A stretch of 63,810 nucleotides of DNA, the filler included, from Reticulomyxa filosa (Eukaryota; Protista; Foraminifera): NCBI GenBank assembly GCA_000512085.1. It is 20 parts of 20 records of this genome, joined end to end, with 100 filler letters (N's around TTAATTAATTAA, not from the genome) between each part and the next. Parts side by side here need not be neighbours in the genome. Positions count along the whole stretch, not along the records: positions 62,627 to 63,810 come from ASPP01005162.1; 19 more parts are not named here. The stretch is one strand, 5' to 3'. The number at the start of each line of letters is the position of its first letter. The stretch's first letter is position 1. The notes beneath the pieces were generated by a model that saw nothing but the letters and a program-made list of their open reading frames with translations, did no database searches and was not told the origin of the DNA. Made by a program: the position numbers and the translations under genes. Positions 62,627 through 63,810 of this stretch are shown piece after piece.

Positions 62627-63810
62627 CCACCACCACCACCACAAAGATTTCCATTCTTTCCATTGGATTGAATTGAACCATGATTAATCAATTGTTGTTC
62701 AATTATTAACTCAATTATTCCACCACCACTTCCTCCATAATAATTATTCATAAGACTTCCACTTCCACCACTTCCAAAATGAATTTCTTTTAATAGCTTT
62801 TCTTCTCCGTATATTATTCCACCTTTTCCGTCAGCTGATGATACATTTCTTTCCATTCCTTTTGTTCCATATCCACCACCACCACACCACTCTCCAATTC
62901 CACCTTTTCCAGGACCTTGATTTTGTGGATATCCTAATCCTGAGCAATCAATAGTAGAAGAAGAATGTTTAATCCACAAATGACTTGTTTTGATTTTCAA
63001 ATGTCCAAATATTTCACAATTAATAGTTAAAGTAATATTTTCTCCAAGTAAAAATATTCCAAATTTATAATTGTTCCATTCTTTGTTTTTTAATTCTATT
63101 CGTTTGTTATTTTCATTCATCAATAAAAAATCCACTCCATTTTTCAAACTTGAATTTTTAATGGATGATAGCATATTTACACAATTTTTGTTAAATTTAG
63201 ACTTGTTGATATCTTTTTTTTTTTGCTTTGTTTATTCCTATGCTCATTGCCGTCATCACTATTTTCTTCTTTTTTTACTTCTTCCTCTTCTTCTACTCCT
63301 TCTTCTACTTCTTCTTTCTCTTCTTCCTCTTCTTTAATCTGTCTTTTAATTTGATTTTGAAGCTGTTGAATACTTATATTTTGATTTTCTAACTGCGTTT
63401 CAATGTTTTTTTGTATTCCTTAAATTTATCAAATTTAGTTTGACATTGTTCCAATTGTTTTTTAAATTCAATATTTTGTTGGATAAAATCTATTTTTAAT
63501 TGTTGGATGTTAGTTACTAATGTAGTCGTTGTTTGAATTTTTTCCAGTACTTTATCTTTGAAATTGTCAATTTGTTTGCCTTGTTCATCGCATTTTCTTT
63601 TTACAAGTTTTTCCAAGTTAGTAACATTTATATCAAATTTAATTTTCAATTGTTCAATTTGTTGATTTTGTTGTTGTTTTAAATCATTAATAGTTTGATT
63701 CATTTCTGTTTTCAATTGTTGGAAATCGTTTGTCAATCCAATTGTTTGTTCATCTTTTTTCAATGATTCAACTTTTAAGTCTTTCATTTCTTTCTATTGA
63801 TTTTTTTTTT
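62627..63810 (-). CDS. Coiled-coil plus glycine-rich domain protein fragment (expanded family)
   Basis: IDCSGLGYP..GPGKGG..GGGGYGTKG..IYGEE..HFGSGG..GGSGGGIIEL. Confidence 0.7.

Overview
This window is not one locus. It is 20 short contigs joined by 19 artificial 100-nt spacers (N44-TTAATTAATTAA-N44), so adjacency across a spacer carries no biological meaning. Most contigs are AT-rich eukaryotic DNA with short GT-AG introns. The gene families present (TRAF-zinc-finger/WD40, kelch-like, Gly-rich, caspase-like and HSPA12-like pseudogenes) resemble those of a foraminiferan/rhizarian such as Reticulomyxa filosa; this is an inference. Recognisable genes or fragments are NUDT9, a Rab32/38-like GTPase, MCM3, U2AF65, PIG-F, a USP4/11/15-type deubiquitinase, a TTC5-like TPR protein, FN3-TLDc, PH, PX-C2 and RNF213-like proteins. 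There are also LINE and Gypsy-integrase remnants and one bacterial contaminant contig (efflux membrane-fusion protein). The standout is an intronless ~1017-aa single-pass receptor-like protein (8897-11950, minus strand). It has a signal peptide, seven bacterial-type beta-propeller repeats, a TM helix, a coiled coil, a Cys4 module and a cytosolic RelA/SpoT-like (alarmone synthetase) nucleotidyltransferase domain, making it a candidate eukaryotic receptor alarmone synthetase. Other notable items are an LTR-like element with ~58-bp terminal inverted repeats, a structured ncRNA candidate, and a short WIRIxxxxxGWI module shared by unrelated propeller families.
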